From: a virus
Lineage: Duplodnaviria > Caudoviricetes
DNA length: 40,504 nucleotides
IMG/VR virus record: IMGVR_UViG_3300032248_000113
Location: 1-40,504 of that record
Reading direction: 5' to 3' (one strand)
A program made the position numbers and the translations under genes. Of this stretch, positions 36,904-40,504 are shown piece after piece (the stretch's first letter is position 1; every line of letters begins with the position of its first letter). The notes beneath the pieces are model-generated. The model was given only the letters and a program-made list of their open reading frames with translations. It was not told where the DNA came from and did no database searches.

Positions 36904-37059
36904 TTAATTGTTCCAATGCCTTAACACGCCAGCGACAATGCAAGCATTGGTGCCGATATAGCTGAGCAGGATCAGCGTCCTAATCACTGCTACAGCGTCT
37001 GCTTCACGGTTGTGGCGCCCGGTCTTCTCGCCAATGGCTAGACACCAGAGACGCCACAT
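36904..37059 (-). CDS. Small membrane protein (51 aa, MWRLWCLAIGEKTGRHNREADAVAVIRTLILLSYIGTNACIVAGVLRHWNN)
   Basis: Not in the ORF track. TGATG overlap upstream. Confidence 0.7.
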   Translation of the reverse strand: MWRLWCLAIGEKTGRHNREADAVAVIRTLILLSYIGTNACIVAGVLRHWNN

Positions 37060-37292
37060 CAAAGCCCCAGCAGTCCTTTCAGTTCCTCCACCGTCAACCC
37101 AGACTGCGCCAACTTTTCAGCAGGTGTCAGTTCAACGGGTGCCGGTGGTTCGGGGGCAGGCTCCGGGGTGTTGCCAGCAGCTAGCCATTCCAGGTAGGCG
37201 GCGTAGTCAACATTTGCAGGATCCGGGGGGATGAAGGCGTTGTCGGTAAGGCGAAGGATGCTGTCGCCGGTGGTGAGTTGGTACATGATCAA
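37059..37292 (-). CDS. Putative tail fibre assembly/chaperone protein
   Basis: FIPPDPANVDYAAYLEWLAAGNTPEPA motif, directly after a fibre gene. Confidence 0.65.
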   Translation of the reverse strand: MIMYQLTTGDSILRLTDNAFIPPDPANVDYAAYLEWLAAGNTPEPAPEPPAPVELTPAEKLAQSGLTVEELKGLLGL

Positions 37293-38290
37293 AGCTCCGA
37301 AGAAGCGTCAATGTAAGCGCTTGTATTATTGTCTGCCCTTAAAACGGCGCCACCCGCAGCCCAACCAGATCCTGAAATGTCAGCTGACCAGTGAGTAATA
37401 GAAGAGCGGTTTGTTGAAATAGTGGCTGTTCCTGTCCCTCCCCCTGCAACTAGTTGCGTATTGGAAACAGATAACGTCGGTGTCGTTCGCATAATTGCCG
37501 GATTGTTGGTAACTACTACGCCGCCTGTTGACGAACTTGCCAGTCCTGCCGCAAAACCTGTAAAGTTATTAGCTGTTGCAGAGGATCTCCAGTAATACCT
37601 CTGACACAACGCCAACTCCGCCCCATACGACCTGCGCTCAAACGGAGTCGCAACAGTGCCGGGTTCAAGTTGTACGTTACCGATTGTCCAAGTGCCAGAG
37701 GTTTGAGCGCCAACCGTTAAGACGATCTCGATGCCAGTGGTAGCCGCTGCTGGGACGCTGATGTTGGTGCTGTAGCGAGTGACGGTACTGGTAACGGTGA
37801 ACGTACCAGTAGCGATCTGCGTCCGGGTTGGGCTGGCCAACGTGCCGAAGGTGTCAGCAGTAGTGGCGTAGTAAGCCGTCCAGGTGACGGATGTAAGAAC
37901 GCTGTTTGCTAGGTCAACACTTAGCGTCGCGGTGGTGCTAGCAAGGTCGGCGCTGTTGAGTTGTTCAATGCGTTGACCAAAGCCAATAGCTGTGACGCTG
38001 GCCGCACCTGTGAAACGGTAATAGAACTGACCAGCCGTGGCACCCGCCACACGTTGACCGGTGACGTTTGCACCAGTGCAGTAGCCGTACCAGCGATCCA
38101 CGCTGTAGGCCAGAGCAGCAGCTGCGGTGAAGGTTTGGGCGGCGCCAGCATTGCGCTGGTCAATAGCCAAAGCACCATTGACAATCCGGTTGCGAGTGCC
38201 CGCAATAGAGCCACCGTTGACGCTGGCCAGGATTGCAGCAGTGCCGGTGCTACTGGGTCCGGCTAGGTTTGAGACGTTAAGTGTGCTCAT
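37289..38290 (-). CDS. Tail fibre / receptor-binding protein
   Basis: RNRIVNG...IDQR...DRW...VQLEPGTVATPFERRSYGAELALCQRYY...SSEL architecture. Confidence 0.75.
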   Translation of the reverse strand: MSTLNVSNLAGPSSTGTAAILASVNGGSIAGTRNRIVNGALAIDQRNAGAAQTFTAAAALAYSVDRWYGYCTGANVTGQRVAGATAGQFYYRFTGAASVTAIGFGQRIEQLNSADLASTTATLSVDLANSVLTSVTWTAYYATTADTFGTLASPTRTQIATGTFTVTSTVTRYSTNISVPAAATTGIEIVLTVGAQTSGTWTIGNVQLEPGTVATPFERRSYGAELALCQRYYWRSSATANNFTGFAAGLASSSTGGVVVTNNPAIMRTTPTLSVSNTQLVAGGGTGTATISTNRSSITHWSADISGSGWAAGGAVLRADNNTSAYIDASSEL

Positions 38291-38294
38291 CGGA

Positions 38295-38924
38295 TCACTC
38301 GTAAAGGATGTTGATCGACCCGGCGTCGAAGGTGTCGGTGCCGCCGACAGTGGTGATGCGAACGCGGTCTAGGGTGCCGGAGAGAGTTTTGGCGCCACTT
38401 GCTAGAAAGGAAAACGGTTGATCTGTACGCGCCAACTGACTGGTAAATGTCCAAATATTTCCACCCATGTGTGTAAGTACAGAGTTTCCATAAAAGATTA
38501 CGCTTGCACTAGTGGAGCCAGCCAAGCGATAACCTGTTGAAAAGCTGGTTGCGTTTGAAATTGCAGTTGCGTCAAGGTTTTGAACGGCTCCTGCATACCC
38601 GGAACTATCTATAGACCCAGCACCAATGCGAATTTCATAAGGGCTTCCGGCATTATTGCTCACCCCGTTAAACATCACCGTCACCCGCTTTACCCAGCTC
38701 GGAATACCAGTGAAATCAATGCTGGTACCACTGGTGCTGGCAACTGCTGTACCGCTGACGATCTTGTCAGCGTACTCCAGGCTGCCTGCGGTGGCACCAT
38801 TGCGGAGCACCTGGTACGCGCTGCCGTTACCCGTGGGCAAAGCGATGCTGTTGTTACCTGCCACGGCAGGGGCAGCTAGTTCGGAATACCCCGACGTGCT
38901 GCCATTAAGTCGAACTGGGCTCAT
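38295..38924 (-). CDS. Short tail fibre-like protein
   Basis: STSGTSIDFTGIPSWVKRVTVMF...LDRVRIT...FDAGSINILYE. Confidence 0.65.
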   Translation of the reverse strand: MSPVRLNGSTSGYSELAAPAVAGNNSIALPTGNGSAYQVLRNGATAGSLEYADKIVSGTAVASTSGTSIDFTGIPSWVKRVTVMFNGVSNNAGSPYEIRIGAGSIDSSGYAGAVQNLDATAISNATSFSTGYRLAGSTSASVIFYGNSVLTHMGGNIWTFTSQLARTDQPFSFLASGAKTLSGTLDRVRITTVGGTDTFDAGSINILYE

Positions 38925-39160
38925 GGTGTCACCTCCAGGGCGAGCTTGATGGTGTCGGTGTCAGACGCGGAGTCGATCACGTCTTGGATTAGGGCGTACT
39001 TATCCCGGATGACTTGGCGAGCTGCTTCAGCTTCAGCAGCATCAGCACCAGGGATCTGTTTGGCGATGATCTCGTCGAAGGGTGCAAACTCTGCTTCGCG
39101 TTGCTGACGTCGCATCTGATGGCCAATGGCTTTGGCCTTGTCCATGTTGATGGTGATCAT
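38921..39160 (-). CDS. Fibre-associated small protein
   Basis: ITINMDKAKAI...RQQREAEFAPFD; ATGA overlaps on both sides. Confidence 0.6.
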   Translation of the reverse strand: MITINMDKAKAIGHQMRRQQREAEFAPFDEIIAKQIPGADAAEAEAARQVIRDKYALIQDVIDSASDTDTIKLALEVTP

Positions 39161-39366
39161 GATCCTGCCACCTCGGCGTTGGTGAAGTCGGCTTCCCAGG
39201 CACCGAAGAAGGTGTGGTCAGCGGGGATGGAATCAAAGGGAACGATCAGGAAGGGCTTACCAGCAGGGACATCCTTCTGGGCAACCTGTTCGATTGGCAA
39301 TTCGCCAGTTGGGATGACAAGGGCGATGCTGCCGTTGTCTTGGGGGTAGATGATTGCGTTTGTCAT
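39157..39366 (-). CDS. Fibre assembly-like small protein
   Basis: AQKDVPAGKPFLIV...IPADHTFFGAW. Confidence 0.6.
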   Translation of the reverse strand: MTNAIIYPQDNGSIALVIPTGELPIEQVAQKDVPAGKPFLIVPFDSIPADHTFFGAWEADFTNAEVAGS

Positions 39367-39372
39367 GATGGG

Positions 39373-39819
39373 TTAGCGGATAACGTGAAGCATTACAGTG
39401 TCTGAATCAACAAGCGAAGCCGAGTCGTTTCGTATTTGAAATCTAAACTGCGTTGTACTCATTACAGTTGATGTGCTTGGCCCTGTTAAATAGTTATTTG
39501 GGTTAGCAGATCCGCCTCCAGCCGTTCCAGTAACAGAATAATTCGCATCCGCCATCGCCGTCGTAAAGTTCACCGTATAATCTCCCGTCCCATTCTTCGT
39601 CACGCTGCTGACGTTATAGCTTGCACGGATCGTGCTAGGGCTTGCGGTGGTGCCGTTGAAGTTCACCCAGGCCTTGCACAGCTGCCCTTGCTCAGTGCTG
39701 CCAATCTTTGCGTAGGTGACGGCATTGTCGGCAAGGTCTGCCGTGGCGATGCAACCATCAGGTAAACCGCCTGTGCTGATGCCGGTAACTGTGCCAGAGC
39801 CGTTGATCGTAATTGCCAT
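39373..39819 (-). CDS. Short tail fibre-like protein
   Basis: CKAWVNFNG...IRASYNVSSVTKNGTGDYTVNFTTAMADANYSV. Confidence 0.65.
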   Translation of the reverse strand: MAITINGSGTVTGISTGGLPDGCIATADLADNAVTYAKIGSTEQGQLCKAWVNFNGTTASPSTIRASYNVSSVTKNGTGDYTVNFTTAMADANYSVTGTAGGGSANPNNYLTGPSTSTVMSTTQFRFQIRNDSASLVDSDTVMLHVIR

Positions 39820-39822
39820 GAT

Positions 39823-40404
39823 TTACACCACCACCCAATAGGAACCGGTCGGGATTGTGACCGTAATGCCTGAGTTTATTGTAACTGGACCTGCCGTTAC
39901 GGCGTTCTTGCTGGTGGTCAAGGTGTAGTTGGTGGTTACGGTCTGGCCGTTTTCGTAGAACACGTCGTCAGAGCCACCACCAGTTGCACCACCGCCGATG
40001 GCACCCCATACGCTGTTTTTGTACCCTTCAAATTGAACGAGCGTGGTATTGTAGCGGATCATGCCCGCTACTGGGCTGCCGGGTCGCTGCCCGGTTGTGC
40101 CGTCTGGTAGCTCCAGAGCGGTGGTTGTGCCAAGGATCACGTCACCGGTGAACGTAGCGCCAGCCAGTGACGCCAGCCCAAGGTTGGTGCTGGCTAGCGT
40201 GCCAACCGTCACCCATGCACTGTTGGCTGAGTTGCGTAGCTTCAGCAACCCGGTGGTGGTATCTGCCCACCACTGATAGGCGTAGGTGGTAGCAGGGGCA
40301 CTGGCGCTGCTGTTGTTGCTGACGATCGCCGCTAAGGCATCATTCAGATCAGATCTGACAGCAGCGCCAGTGCCATTGGCAATGACGTAGTCGTGGGTAG
40401 CCAC
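39823..40404 (-). CDS. Proximal tail fibre / anchor protein
   Basis: ATHDYVIANGTGAAVRSDLN...GMIRYNTT...FEGY...FYENGQTVTTNYT; follows gpJ across the circular junction. Confidence 0.7.
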   Translation of the reverse strand: MATHDYVIANGTGAAVRSDLNDALAAIVSNNSSASAPATTYAYQWWADTTTGLLKLRNSANSAWVTVGTLASTNLGLASLAGATFTGDVILGTTTALELPDGTTGQRPGSPVAGMIRYNTTLVQFEGYKNSVWGAIGGGATGGGSDDVFYENGQTVTTNYTLTTSKNAVTAGPVTINSGITVTIPTGSYWVVV

Positions 40405-40504
40405 AGGCTAGGCCGGTGATTGTGCTTCCATTCTACACCCCACGTCCATAGCCAACAGCCGTGTAGGTGAAGTTACGATCAATGGCCGTACCAGCGGTGT
40501 TGCG
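40382..40504. repeat. Direct terminal repeat, right copy
   Basis: Identical to bases 1-123. Confidence 0.95.

Noticed and set aside
37289-39819. Diversity-generating retroelement acting on the fibre genes
   Set aside because: No reverse transcriptase, and I could not find a template/variable repeat pair differing at adenines.
52-40404. Stop-codon reassignment, prompted by frequent CTAG/TAG
   Set aside because: Genes tile the genome at full expected length in the standard code, and several end properly at TAG.

Overview
The window is an apparently complete, circularly assembled siphovirus genome of about 40,381 bp: bases 1-123 recur exactly at 40382-40504. It has a lambda-like tail tip (M/L/K/I/J), a DUF4055-type portal, an SPP1 gp7-like minor head protein, scaffold, major capsid protein and terminase. 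The host is probably a picocyanobacterium, inferred from a cyanobacterial AbrB-like regulator and a group-2-like sigma factor. Layout: (1) a leftward late block of tail fibres, lysis, packaging, head and tail genes that runs across the circular junction; (2) a leftward replication block (small RHH protein, primase-helicase, iteron origin, beta clamp, cyAbrB) ending at a UUCG terminator; (3) a rightward block (SNF2-helicase/DNA-methyltransferase fusion, SF2 helicase, VRR-NUC, RecE/Bet/SSB, dCTP deaminase, sigma factor). I saw no integrase, DNA polymerase, tRNA, CRISPR array or reverse transcriptase. Most notable: a sigma factor with a degenerate -35-reading helix alongside a series of -10-only, partly leaderless promoters; three covarying CUGCG hairpins before the scaffold and capsid genes; two tandem paralogous tail-tube genes; the helicase-methyltransferase fusion; and a mirror-symmetric iteron origin. 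All calls come from reading motifs by eye; no database searches were run.
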